NCBI GenBank assembly: GCA_964390305.1 | Contig: CAYMHT010000003.1 | Coordinates: forward strand, 10,270 to 74,269 | Source of the DNA: an uncultured Anaerolineales bacterium | GTDB lineage: Bacteria > Chloroflexota > Anaerolineae > B4-G1 | Direction: 5' to 3' | DNA length: 64,000 nt | Shown here: one piece after another, positions 1 to 9,708 of the stretch | How the letters are laid out: each line of letters opens with the position of its first letter | How positions within the stretch are numbered: the first letter of the stretch is position 1 | Program-made: the position numbers and the translations under genes | The notes under the pieces: model-generated | What the model was told of the DNA's origin: nothing | The model's database searches: none | What the model saw: only the letters and a program-made list of their open reading frames with translations

Positions 1-1830
1 GGAATCGCCGCCCTCGTCACGGCGGTGCTGATCATGTTGCCTCGGGCAATCTGGCTCTCCGACCATCGAGTGGACGCTACGATTGAGACCGTCGCAGTGG
101 GCGTGGTTGGGTACCTGGTCCTCCGGATGGTTGAGACTGAGGAGAGGGAGAAATCGCTTCGGCAGGAAGCAGTCGCGCGTATGAGATCATTCAATGCAAT
201 GTGCTCCATCGTCGCCAAATCGTTGGAGCTGGAGCAGGTCCTCAATGAGGCACTCGACAAAGCCCTGGAGGTGACCGATCTTGAAGTAGGCTTGATGTAC
301 TCCTTGGATCCACAGACTGATGAGCTGGTGCTCTGCGCCCACCGTGGTCTGGGAGAGAAGAGCATCCAAGAGCTGGATCGCCTGCGCCTGGGAGAGGGTC
401 TCTGCGGGCGAGTGGCTCAATCTGGGGAGCCGACGGTTCTGGAGGACGCGTCGCAGGACGCACGGGCGACCAGGTCAGCAGGGGAAGGGGAACGATTGGA
501 GTCTCAGATCATCGTGCCACTGACGTCGAAGGGCAAAGTCCAAGGCGTGATGGCCCTCGGTTCGCGGACACGACGACGGTTTCCATCTGCGGACCTTCAG
601 CTCATCACCACCTTCGGGAAGCAGATCGGCGTAGGCGTTGAGAACGCCCAGCTGCACCGCTACGTCGAGAGGCAGCTCCAGATTCAGCAGAGGTTGAATG
701 AGGTCGCTGAGAAGGTTACCTCGGAGCTGGAGCTGGATAGGATCCTGCCCAAGGTTCTGAAGATCGCCGAGGAACTGATAGAGGCCGACTGTGGATTCAT
801 CGCCCTTTTTGATCCGCTGACGAAGCAGCTCACTTATCCGTATTTGCACAACCTCCCGCAGGAGCTGACGAATGTGACGGTGTCGAAGGGCGAAGGGGTA
901 GCAGGGGAGGCAATGGCTACTGTGAGCCCGGTTGCCATCCTGGACTATCAGAGCTACCCGAATGCCGTGCCCGCGTTCGCGGATGCAGGGCTTGCCAGTG
1001 TTGTGGCGGTCCCGATTGTGAGTGGTAATCGAGCGTTCGGTACCCTGGCCGTAGGCAGCCTCCGAGACGCGGCGGAGTTCTCGCCGACTGAGATATCGAC
1101 CCTGGCGGGCGTGGGGCGTCAGGCTGGCATTGCCATCGATAACGCCCGGCTCTACGAGAACATGCGCTACTATGCCCGACAGATCACTCGGGCGCAGGAG
1201 AGCGAGAGGAAACGCATCGCCCGCGAGGCGCACGACGAAACGGCACAGATTCTGGTCGCGCTGTCCCGCCGACTTGACGCCCTCATGGCCTCGCCCGAGT
1301 TGCCTTCTCCCGCTTTCAAGGAGCGCCTGGAAGGAGTGCGAGGACTGACCACCGATGCTCTGCAGAGTGTCCGCCGATTCAGTCGGGACCTACGCCCGCC
1401 GGTCCTGGACGATCTGGGTTTTGTGCCTGCGGTGCGTGGTCTGACGAGGCAGCTGGAGGAGGCCGGAGTTGAGACGGAGCTTCGGGTATCCGGGACACCG
1501 TACCGGCTGTCGCCGGAGGAGGAGTTGGTGCTGTTTCGGATCGCGCAAGAATCTCTCAACAACATCCGGCGGCACGCCGACGCTTCTGAGGTGAAGGTCA
1601 TGGTATCGTTCGGCCGCAAAGAGGTGCGCATGGTCATCGAGGATGATGGAAAGGGCTTTGCTCCACCGGACAAGTTTGTCGACCTGGTCGCCTCGGGAAA
1701 GCTGGGTCTTATCGGGATGCACGAGCGCGCACGTATCCTGGGTGGGACACTCCGGATCGATTCGGAACCAGGCGGAGGCACACAGCTTCTCGTAGACGCT
1801 CCAGTACACAGAAGAGGGCGCGAGAGTTAA
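1..1830 (+). CDS. GAF-domain sensor histidine kinase (HisKA_3 / NarL-type, HATPase_c), 5'-partial
   Basis: Frame is open from nt 1 and the first residues form a TM-like stretch. Two GAF-like regions are followed by a HisKA_3 box (HDETAQILVALSRRL) and an HATPase_c C-terminus (IEDDGKGF, GGTLRIDSEPGGGT). Confidence 0.8.
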   Translation, partial: GIAALVTAVLIMLPRAIWLSDHRVDATIETVAVGVVGYLVLRMVETEEREKSLRQEAVARMRSFNAMCSIVAKSLELEQVLNEALDKALEVTDLEVGLMYSLDPQTDELVLCAHRGLGEKSIQELDRLRLGEGLCGRVAQSGEPTVLEDASQDARATRSAGEGERLESQIIVPLTSKGKVQGVMALGSRTRRRFPSADLQLITTFGKQIGVGVENAQLHRYVERQLQIQQRLNEVAEKVTSELELDRILPKVLKIAEELIEADCGFIALFDPLTKQLTYPYLHNLPQELTNVTVSKGEGVAGEAMATVSPVAILDYQSYPNAVPAFADAGLASVVAVPIVSGNRAFGTLAVGSLRDAAEFSPTEISTLAGVGRQAGIAIDNARLYENMRYYARQITRAQESERKRIAREAHDETAQILVALSRRLDALMASPELPSPAFKERLEGVRGLTTDALQSVRRFSRDLRPPVLDDLGFVPAVRGLTRQLEEAGVETELRVSGTPYRLSPEEELVLFRIAQESLNNIRRHADASEVKVMVSFGRKEVRMVIEDDGKGFAPPDKFVDLVASGKLGLIGMHERARILGGTLRIDSEPGGGTQLLVDAPVHRRGRES

Positions 1831-1894
1831 GGCGTACGCGGGAGTGCTCAGCCTCTCCGCGCAGGGTTCGGAGTGAGTGGTACGCTGGAGGCCC

Positions 1895-2242
1895 TCACTC
1901 CACCTCGATACTGTCCAATCGGAAGTCGTCCCCTCCCACAGCGACGACTCGCCCTTCTCCACACTGCGGACAGACGAAACTCCTGTGATTCAGGGGAAAC
2001 GTGTGTCCGCAAGCCAGACAACGCAAGGTTCCATCAACGCGGTCGAAGTGAAGCTCGGCGCCCTCGGCGATGGTGTCTTCGCTGACGATATCCCAGTAGA
2101 ACTGGACGGATTCGTCGACGATTGAGGATAGCTCGCCGATAACGATGTTGAGCCGAACGATGCGCTCCGCCCCGGCGTCCTCCGCGTGGCGAAGAGCGAT
2201 CTCCAACAGGCTCTCAGTGACCGATAACTCGTGCATGGTCAA
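1895..2242 (-). CDS. hypA: Hydrogenase nickel-incorporation / metallochaperone protein HypA
   Basis: 115 aa. N-terminal MHE(L)S motif and a C-terminal CxxC-X12-CxxC zinc ribbon (CLACGH...CPQCGE), canonical for HypA/HybF. Last gene of the minus-strand operon. Confidence 0.8.
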   Translation of the reverse strand: MTMHELSVTESLLEIALRHAEDAGAERIVRLNIVIGELSSIVDESVQFYWDIVSEDTIAEGAELHFDRVDGTLRCLACGHTFPLNHRSFVCPQCGEGRVVAVGGDDFRLDSIEVE

Positions 2243-2278
2243 TGGTGGGGCGCCCCTTGGCGTACTGTAGCCAGTGCC

Positions 2279-3595
2279 TCACGCTCTTGTGACCACGTTA
2301 AGCGAAGGCAGGAGGATGTAGGGCAAGCGGATGCCTCCGTAGACCCACTCCGATTCGAGACTCAGCGCCTCGATCCGTCTCAAGTCCTGGTAGATGTTCC
2401 CCGCAATCGAGACGTCCTTGACGCGCCCCACGATCTCGCCGCCCTCGATCTTGAAGGCCAGGCTGAGATTGTTGGAGAAGACACCACTGATCACGTTGCC
2501 TTGACCCAGCCCCAGCGGTGCCTCTACCAGCAATCCTTCATCGATTCCGCCAATGATCTCCTCTACGGGTGTCTCGCCACCCGCGACGACCATGTTGGAG
2601 AAGGACGGGGATGGTGGGGAGAAAAGGCTTCGCTCTCCATTACCCGTGGACTCGGTCCCGGCCAAGGCGGCGGTCTTGAGATCGTAGATGAATCCCATGA
2701 GTCGGCCTCGATCGATAAGGACGTTTCGTCGGCGCGGGACGCCCTCATCGTCGTGAGAGCTGCTGCCAGGCCGGCCATCGAGGGTCGGATCGTCCACGAT
2801 CGTCAGTCTCTCATCGAAAATCTGCTCGCCATCGCGGCCTGTCATCGGTGAGATGCCACGGTAAACGTTCTTCCCGTCTAGGCCGTGGATCAGCGGGAGG
2901 CCCAACACGGGAGCGCCGGTGGGTGAGAATAGAACGGGCATCTGTCCGGATGGAAGAGTCGTCGCGCGTCGAGCCAGTCGCAGCTTGTCCGCGATGCGGT
3001 CGGCAAAGGCGCGATACGCGTCGTCGAGGCTGGCGGTGTTGAAGTACTCGAACAGCGTGACCACGTCGTCTCCCCGTACGCGCTCCACCTCTACCATGAT
3101 CGAGAGTGGGGCTCTTCTGACCGCCACCTCGGCCCCTGCGCTATTGCGAACCGTGCTCTCCCGCACGCGGCGCGTCAGATCGATACTGACGTTGGCCTGC
3201 TCGTCGGCCTCCACCAGCGTGTTCACGATCTCCTCGCCCATGTCGATCAGCCGCGCCACCGGGAGCGCGGCCAACTCGGGATCATAGACCTCCACTGAGG
3301 GTCCCGGTCCGGGCTCGGGGAAGCGGAGCGGGATTTCGTCGCCCAGGTGCGCCGACGCCAGCACATTGTCGATGAGCTTGTCGAGGGCGGTGGTGTCGCT
3401 GGAGGCGGCGAACCCCAGACGGCCGTCGACCACCGCTCGGGCGGCCACACCCTGGGTCTCCTCCACCTCGAAGGACTTGAGCCTGTTGGCCTCGAAACCA
3501 ATCTTTGTCGCCTCGCTCTGAATCTCGAATACTTCGGCCTGCTCGGCCTCATGCATCAAGCGTTCTAGCATCATTTCCCCCTCCATATTGAGCAC
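2279..3595 (-). CDS. tldE: TldE/PmbA family protein (peptidase U62, non-catalytic partner)
   Basis: 438 aa with TldD/PmbA-family length and C-terminal core, no HExxxH motif, immediately downstream of TldD. Confidence 0.75.
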   Translation of the reverse strand: MLNMEGEMMLERLMHEAEQAEVFEIQSEATKIGFEANRLKSFEVEETQGVAARAVVDGRLGFAASSDTTALDKLIDNVLASAHLGDEIPLRFPEPGPGPSVEVYDPELAALPVARLIDMGEEIVNTLVEADEQANVSIDLTRRVRESTVRNSAGAEVAVRRAPLSIMVEVERVRGDDVVTLFEYFNTASLDDAYRAFADRIADKLRLARRATTLPSGQMPVLFSPTGAPVLGLPLIHGLDGKNVYRGISPMTGRDGEQIFDERLTIVDDPTLDGRPGSSSHDDEGVPRRRNVLIDRGRLMGFIYDLKTAALAGTESTGNGERSLFSPPSPSFSNMVVAGGETPVEEIIGGIDEGLLVEAPLGLGQGNVISGVFSNNLSLAFKIEGGEIVGRVKDVSIAGNIYQDLRRIEALSLESEWVYGGIRLPYILLPSLNVVTRA

Positions 3596-3667
3596 TCAGT
3601 GGTGTACTGGTCTGCGGAACCAGGGCGGTTGCGCATCGGTCGGGAGACCTCGGGGAGCGTCTGGGGC

Positions 3668-5080
3668 TCACTGGCCGCCGATGAGGACGTCCTGGATGCG
3701 CACGTGAGGCGCGCCCATCGACACGGGTAGCCCGCCCTGCCCTTTCCCGCACCGACCCCACTCGGCCCACTGGAAGTCGTCGCCAACGGCGTCGATGTGC
3801 TTGAGTGTGACGAACAAGTTTCCGCTGAGCACCACGTCGCGGACTAACTCGGCAATCTCGCCGTCTCGAATCATGTACCCGTAGGCAGCGCTGAAGGAGA
3901 AGTTCTCCAGTGCCGTCTGCCCACCAAAGGCGTCGCAGGCGTAGACGCCTCGGTTGATCTGGCTGATCATCTGTTCAAACGCTGTATCGCCACCCTCGAT
4001 GAACGTGTTGGTCATTCGGACGATGGGCGGGTAGCGGTAGCTGGTCGCCCGGGCGTTGCCCGTTGGCTTTTCGTTCATCTTCGCGGCTGTCTCCCGCGAG
4101 TGAAGGCGCCCAACCAGGACGCCGTCCCTGATCAGGTCCGTGCGTCCCGTTGGTGTACCCTCGTCGTCGTACCTGTGGCTCCCGCGCAGGCCGGAGATAG
4201 AGCCATCGTCGGCAATCGTCAGGATGTCGCGACCGAAGCGTCGACCTAATACCATCATCTCCTGCGCCTGCGGGTTCTCGTACACGAAGTCAGCCTCGGA
4301 GAGATGCCCAAACGCCTCGTGAGCGAAAACACCGGCCATTCTGGGATTGCAGACCACTGTGTAGCGTCCGCCTTCTACCGGTGGCGCTGTGAGAAGATCG
4401 ACTGCACGCTGTGCCACCGTCTGCGCCAGATCGTGGTGCCCCCTTACAGCGCCGAAGCCAGCCACTTTCGATACCGCCTCGAATGCGCGCTGGACGTTGT
4501 CGTTCTGGCGGGCGACGGCACTGAAGGCGATGTTGACCATAGGACGTTCTTCCTCGATGTAGGTGCCCTCAGAGCTGGCGAATGTGACCCGGCTGAAGGT
4601 ATCGAGGTATCTCGTGTGGGTGTCCACGATGCGAGGGTCGAAACCAAGGAGAATCTCGTTGTACGCTTGAGCCAGCGATTTCTTCTCCATCACCGGGATG
4701 CCGCGGAAATCGTCCTCCAGTGGAACAACGATGTTGTCCTCGGAGGCGGGGACCGGAGCCAACTCGATAGGCTCAGCCTGAACTGCGCGTGCTCCTTCGT
4801 ACGCCTGGCGGACGCGTTGCTCAAGGTTGCTCACATCGTTGAAGGTTGCCATTCCCCACCCACCGCCCCGCACGAAGCATCGGACGATGCCGCCTCGGTC
4901 AAGGACCACACCCGCGGTCTCCAGGTCTGGGCCACGGAAGGCGACGCGGGTGTCTTCCCTTTCCTCCAGGCGGATTTCTGTGTAGTCTGCTTCACTGTTC
5001 CTGATTGCTGCTTCCACTCTCTCTCGCATAGATCTCCCTGGTCTCTCAGAATGAAGCCCTTGGCGTGTTCCGCGTTCCAA
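3668..5080 (-). CDS. tldD: TldD metalloprotease (peptidase U62)
   Basis: 470 aa with an HExxxH motif (FAHEAFGHLSEAD) and a TldD-like C-terminus; paired with TldE. Confidence 0.8.
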   Translation of the reverse strand: MERGTRQGLHSERPGRSMRERVEAAIRNSEADYTEIRLEEREDTRVAFRGPDLETAGVVLDRGGIVRCFVRGGGWGMATFNDVSNLEQRVRQAYEGARAVQAEPIELAPVPASEDNIVVPLEDDFRGIPVMEKKSLAQAYNEILLGFDPRIVDTHTRYLDTFSRVTFASSEGTYIEEERPMVNIAFSAVARQNDNVQRAFEAVSKVAGFGAVRGHHDLAQTVAQRAVDLLTAPPVEGGRYTVVCNPRMAGVFAHEAFGHLSEADFVYENPQAQEMMVLGRRFGRDILTIADDGSISGLRGSHRYDDEGTPTGRTDLIRDGVLVGRLHSRETAAKMNEKPTGNARATSYRYPPIVRMTNTFIEGGDTAFEQMISQINRGVYACDAFGGQTALENFSFSAAYGYMIRDGEIAELVRDVVLSGNLFVTLKHIDAVGDDFQWAEWGRCGKGQGGLPVSMGAPHVRIQDVLIGGQ

Positions 5081-5111
5081 GCATCGCTGTTAGCTCAGCC
5101 TGCGCAACCCC

Positions 5112-6518
5112 CTACCTGTTCCCGTTGACGCCAAGGCCCAGTCTCCGCATCACCTTCTGCGGCGTGACTCGCCGCGCGCGCTCCCACTGGTGGCTTATCC
5201 ATCGCTTAAGCGCGTTGATCGGCCTACGCCGCTGGCTCTCCGCCATGGCCCACTTGAGAAACTCGTAATCCTGTCCCTTTATCTTGGGTTCGGTGGGATT
5301 ACGGCGATACGAGTCGTAGTCGGTGATGCGGCTCAGATCGTGTTGGATCGTATAGTTATACAGATCCGTTCCGGGGTGGGGCGTGAAGAAGGCCGGGCTA
5401 TAGTAATCGGGGTCGATCGCCTTCATCAGGCGCACCGTGTCCATGACCTCATCTCTGGTCTCGGTCGGCAGCCCCAGCATGTAGTTAGCCCAGATCTTGA
5501 TGTCGTACTTGCGGCAAATGCGCGCCGCTTCCAGGTTCTGCTGCACCGTCGTCCCTTTGCGAATGAAGCTCAGGACACGATCGTTGCCGCTCTCGAAGCC
5601 GATGAAATAGCCGCGAAGGCCCGCTTCGGCCATACGAGCCGCCATGTCTTCGTGCTTCACGATGATGTCGGCGCGGCTCTGGCAGAAGAAGGGCATGTCG
5701 AAGCCCTCCGCGACGTACTTCTCGGTGAACTCGGTGACCCACTCCCGATCCTCGGTCAGACAGTCGTCATGGAACATGAACGAGGCCAGGTTGTGCTTCT
5801 CCACCAACACACCGAGTTCGGCGATGACGTTGTCGACGCTGCGGCGGCGGGTGCGCTTCCCGAACAGGTAGTCTTCCCCTGGTTTGCAGAAAGCGCAGTT
5901 ATAGAGACACCCTCGCCCGGCGATCACGGTCGCGAAAGGTGGGGGAAGCTCGGGTACGAACGGGACCTCCGGGGAGTCCAGGTCATAGCCCCATTTCTTC
6001 CACTCTTCGAGGAAGAGGTCGCGGTCGGCAGCGGGGATCGCGTCCAGGTCGGGTGGGTCGCCGCGGAGCACGCGGTGCGGGGGGGGATCGCCCGCCTCGA
6101 TCAGCTTCAGCAGGCGGGGGAACGTCGTCTCTCCCTCTCGGGTGACCAAATAGTCCACGTGCGGGATCTCGAGGGCGTCCTCGAGCGCGATGGTGACGTG
6201 GGGCCCCCCGATGACGGTGATCAGCTGCGGTTTTACCTCTTTAGCGAGGGCAATGGCCCGGGTGGCTGGGTTGTAGTCGACGCTCATCATCGTGACTCCA
6301 ACGACGTCTGGATCCCGCTCTGCCAGCACCTCGCGGAAGTGGTCCCAGTCAGAGAGGGCTCGGAGATCGATGAAATCGACGTCGAATCCTTCGGCCTTCG
6401 ACGCCGCGCTGAGGCGCGCCAGGCCATGGGAAATCCAGCCGGCCTCCATCCCTTGCTGGAGCGATCTAAATCCTTGGCCGGCGATACCAGGATAGATGAG
6501 GGTCGTCTTAAGTGACAT
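5112..6518 (-). CDS. B12-binding domain / radical SAM protein (class B-like radical SAM enzyme)
   Basis: N-terminal Rossmann-like B12-binding region, then CxxxCxxC (GCLYNCAFC) and a radical SAM core. The 441-aa antisense ORF (5190..6515 +) has no motifs. Confidence 0.75.
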   Translation of the reverse strand: MSLKTTLIYPGIAGQGFRSLQQGMEAGWISHGLARLSAASKAEGFDVDFIDLRALSDWDHFREVLAERDPDVVGVTMMSVDYNPATRAIALAKEVKPQLITVIGGPHVTIALEDALEIPHVDYLVTREGETTFPRLLKLIEAGDPPPHRVLRGDPPDLDAIPAADRDLFLEEWKKWGYDLDSPEVPFVPELPPPFATVIAGRGCLYNCAFCKPGEDYLFGKRTRRRSVDNVIAELGVLVEKHNLASFMFHDDCLTEDREWVTEFTEKYVAEGFDMPFFCQSRADIIVKHEDMAARMAEAGLRGYFIGFESGNDRVLSFIRKGTTVQQNLEAARICRKYDIKIWANYMLGLPTETRDEVMDTVRLMKAIDPDYYSPAFFTPHPGTDLYNYTIQHDLSRITDYDSYRRNPTEPKIKGQDYEFLKWAMAESQRRRPINALKRWISHQWERARRVTPQKVMRRLGLGVNGNR

Positions 6519-6539
6519 ATCGGCGTCTGAAAGGTAGAC

Positions 6540-7157
6540 TCAGGCGGGCTCGATTACGTAGGTGCAGTGGCGCGGAGGGCCGGACGTGCGTCTGATCTCC
6601 TCAGACGATAGGCCGAGGAGCTCTCTAAGCAGCGTCTGATCGATCTTGCACACCTCGCTGTGTCGCCGTGCGACGCTCTCGTAGGGACAGTTGGCGATGT
6701 GGATCAAGTAGTTGCTCTCTTCGGTCTTTTCCCAGTGCGCCATGTATCCTCGCTCGTCCAAGAAGTCGATCGTGACGGCAATACGTTCTTCAAGGTCGGC
6801 GGTGTGAGGGATGGTGATGGTGTCGGCTATACGCCTCCCGATACGTTCCATCATGCTCTCGACTTCGTCGTCCGAGAAGCGCGAGCGCAGTTCTTCAAGC
6901 AGGAGGTCGATCAGTCGTTCATACCGCTTGGGGAAGAAATCGCTCGCCTCTTGGGTCAGGGTGTAGACGTGTTGGGGACGCCCCGGGGCTTTGCGATGGC
7001 GGACAGACGGTGCTGCCACAAGGTCCTCTCTGCGCAAGGTATCGAGATGGTGACGGATGGTGACCGTCGTCAAGCCCAGCATCTCGCTTAACTCCTTCAC
7101 TGTGGCCTGACCGCGTTCCTTCAGGATCCTAAGAATCCGTTCTCGGGTAGCCTGCAT
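6540..7157 (-). CDS. Winged-HTH (ArsR-like) transcriptional regulator with Cys/His-containing C-terminal domain
   Basis: N-terminal wHTH (RILRILKERGQATVKELSEMLGLTTVTIRHHLDTL); the C-terminal half carries CPYE...C...HC residues. First gene of the operon, 22 nt upstream of the rSAM gene. Confidence 0.6.
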   Translation of the reverse strand: MQATRERILRILKERGQATVKELSEMLGLTTVTIRHHLDTLRREDLVAAPSVRHRKAPGRPQHVYTLTQEASDFFPKRYERLIDLLLEELRSRFSDDEVESMMERIGRRIADTITIPHTADLEERIAVTIDFLDERGYMAHWEKTEESNYLIHIANCPYESVARRHSEVCKIDQTLLRELLGLSSEEIRRTSGPPRHCTYVIEPA

Positions 7158-7255
7158 GATCTCACTTCCTTCTTGGCGTATCGCACCTGTCGGTAGAAAG
7201 CTGTCCGGTGGCTCACGACGCCGCGATGCGTCCGAAAAATACTAGCATGCGACCT

Positions 7256-7287
7256 CCAATTTGTCAAATAATCATCATTGTAATTGG
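7256..7287. promoter_or_regulatory. AT-rich divergent promoter/operator region with inverted repeat CCAATT-N20-AATTGG
   Basis: The only strongly AT-rich stretch in the window (7230-7420), between the minus-strand regulator gene and plus-strand ricT. Confidence 0.3.
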
Positions 7288-7719
7288 AATCTTGAGCACA
7301 CGCGTCCTATCGACGTGCGATTGAGTATAACCTTGTTGGGATCCACAAGCAAGCACCAGGAGGCACGTCCAAGCCTGGGGTTTGCCCAATCCCTGAAAGC
7401 ATTGTAGAATAAATTATGGTGCGCGTTGGTAACGACCATAGACTGATTGGTGATGATCTTCCCTCTACATCCCCGACTACGGACCGTGTGCTAGTTGGTC
7501 GCGGCTCTGCTCGGATACGTGGGGCCGTGATGACGCGGATCGCCTCTGCGACGGTGAGAACTGGCTGGCCTTGGCACTACGGAGGAGGATGTTGCGACAT
7601 CGAGACAATCGCATCCTCTGCCTCGCTGCAACCCTGCATGCACCGCGGCTGTAGCTGCCACGCCTGGGCAGGCCACTGGGTGTCGGTCGGCGCCAGGTGA
7701 AGCGGAACGGTAGCGGGCA

Positions 7720-8571
7720 ATGAACGTGTCGCACGGCGAATCGAGACTCTCGGAATTCAGCGATCAGCTGGTCGCGGGTGTCCGCTTTCAGCCCTCGGGA
7801 AAGATCTATCACTTCGACGCGAGTGGAGTCGACGATCTTCGCCCTGGAGACTTCGCGCTTGTCGAGACGGTGCGCGGCATGCAGCTGGGCGAGGTTGTGA
7901 ATGTCCGTCCGCCGCGCCAAGACGAGGACGTGAGGGTGCTGAAGCCAATCAAACAGCGGGCAACCGGCCGCGAGCTGGCGCTCCGCCAACGGTGGCAAAA
8001 GGAGGAGGCGAGGGCGCTGGAGCTTGCCTGTGACGAGGCCGAAAGACTCGGCTTGCCTATCAAGGTCGTGCTCGCCGAGTACACGCTCGATGGGAAGCGG
8101 TTGACGCTGCTTTATGGGAGTGACGAGCGCGACTTGAATCTGGGCGAGTTGGAAAGGCAGCTCCAACGCCAACTTGACACCCGGATCGAGCTGCTGAAGA
8201 TCGGCCCCCGAGACCGGGCCAAGCTCATGGGCGGGTGCGGCGCGTGTGGAGGGCCGCGATGTTGTTCGCACTTCCTTCCAGAGTTCACTTCCATCTCCAT
8301 CAGAATGGCCAAGAAACAAGGGGTGTCCCTTCATCCCTCGGCGATCACGGGTCTATGTGATCGCCTGCGCTGTTGCCTGTCGTATGAGTACGACCACTAC
8401 GTCAAAGCGCTCAGAAGGCTTCCTCCACGTAAGACCCGTGTGAGGACGCCGTATGGCGAGGGGGAAGTCATCGATCTGGTGCCGCTCAAGTCTGCGGTCG
8501 TCGTCAAAGTCGAGGATCGTCGACTTGAGCTTTCGGCGGAGGAAGTGGAAGCAATCTCTAGGCGCCCTTAG
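7720..8571 (+). CDS. ricT: RicT/YaaT-like PSP1 domain protein (regulatory Fe-S complex subunit)
   Basis: Conserved N-terminal core (GVRF...GKIYHFD...LVETVRGMQLGEV) and C-terminal Cys clusters (GGCGACGGPRCCSHF, CDRLRCCLSYEYDHY). Confidence 0.7.
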   Translation: MNVSHGESRLSEFSDQLVAGVRFQPSGKIYHFDASGVDDLRPGDFALVETVRGMQLGEVVNVRPPRQDEDVRVLKPIKQRATGRELALRQRWQKEEARALELACDEAERLGLPIKVVLAEYTLDGKRLTLLYGSDERDLNLGELERQLQRQLDTRIELLKIGPRDRAKLMGGCGACGGPRCCSHFLPEFTSISIRMAKKQGVSLHPSAITGLCDRLRCCLSYEYDHYVKALRRLPPRKTRVRTPYGEGEVIDLVPLKSAVVVKVEDRRLELSAEEVEAISRRP

Positions 8572-8673
8572 TCTTCACGGCAGGTTGTCGTTGCACCCTG
8601 GCGCCGGTCAGCGAGAACACAGAGTGACGTCAGGGAATTAGTACTAACTCACACGACGAAAGGAGACGTGTAA

Positions 8674-9516
8674 ATGGAGACCATTCTGACAGGCACAGAG
8701 GGAACCGTTCGGATCAGCCCCGAGCTCCCCACAGTCATTATCGGTGAGAAGATAAATCCCACCGGGCGCAGCTGGCTAACTGAACAGCTTACGGAGGGGA
8801 ATCTTGACGTTCTTAAGGACGAGGCCGTCAGCCAGCTCGAGGACGGTGCGCACGTGCTGGACGTGAACGTTGGGGCTGCCAGCGTGAACGAGGTGGAGGT
8901 ACTGCCCCGGGCGATCCAAATCATCCAGAATACTGTCGGTGCTCCACTCTGTATCGACACGGCGGACCATGACGCTTTGGAAGCGGCGTTGGAGGTGTAC
9001 CAGGGCAAGCCACTGGTTAACTCAGTGAACGGTGAGGAGAAGAACCTTGAACGCGTCCTGCCGCTGGTTGCGGAGTATGGGGCCGCAGTCATTGGTCTCA
9101 CGATGGACGATGAGGGGATACCAAAGGATCCTCAGAGAAGACTGGAGATCGCCAGGAAGATTGTTGAGCGCGCCGAGTCACTGGGCATCTCGCGAGAGGA
9201 CGTCGTGATCGACTGCCTGGCCCTGACTGTCAGCGCTGAGCCCGATGCCGCCGTCATCACGTTGAACGCCATTGACCTGGTGAGGGAAGAGCTGGGAGTC
9301 AATCAGGCGTTGGGTCATAGCAACGTGTCCTTCGGTCTCCCGGACCGTGCTGTTATCAACCGCGTCGCTTTGGGGATGGTCATTCGAGCTGGGGTGAACG
9401 CTCCCATCGTCGACGCCGCAGAAGTCAAGCAGTCGATCCTGGCGGCCGATCTGCTGCTGGGACGCGATCAGTACGCGATGAACTACATCAAGTACTACCG
9501 CGAGCACAAGCAGTGA
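8674..9516 (+). CDS. Pterin-binding methyltransferase (MtrH/AcsE/MtgA-like; methyl-corrinoid:tetrahydrofolate methyltransferase family)
   Basis: 280-aa TIM-barrel pterin-binding (DHPS-like) family signature: IGEKINPTG..., LDVNVG, SVSFGLP-like NVSFGLPDR. RBS AAAGGAG upstream. Confidence 0.7.
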   Translation: METILTGTEGTVRISPELPTVIIGEKINPTGRSWLTEQLTEGNLDVLKDEAVSQLEDGAHVLDVNVGAASVNEVEVLPRAIQIIQNTVGAPLCIDTADHDALEAALEVYQGKPLVNSVNGEEKNLERVLPLVAEYGAAVIGLTMDDEGIPKDPQRRLEIARKIVERAESLGISREDVVIDCLALTVSAEPDAAVITLNAIDLVREELGVNQALGHSNVSFGLPDRAVINRVALGMVIRAGVNAPIVDAAEVKQSILAADLLLGRDQYAMNYIKYYREHKQ

Positions 9517-9708
9517 TGTCGCTGGCTGGTGCCACTTGCTGAGCCGGTAAGCGTGGGCCGCTTGCCCTTGCCTGGACAGCGGCTCGATCGCGCAGCCAGC
9601 TCACTCGAAAAAGGAGCTGTGAACGATCTGGCTGGAGAGCTTTTCTCAGATGCGAAAGGGAGAGCCTCCAGCCTTTTCGTTGCGCGATAGGGGAATAGGA
9701 GGTTGCGC

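Noticed and set aside
7416-7700. 94-aa ORF with Cys-rich C-terminus (GGGCCDIE...CMHRGCSCH) that looked like a possible RiPP precursor near the rSAM/TldDE operon
   Set aside because: Third-position GC is low and mixed, unlike real genes here. It sits inside the AT-rich leader of ricT on the opposite strand from the rSAM operon, so it is probably a non-coding leader.
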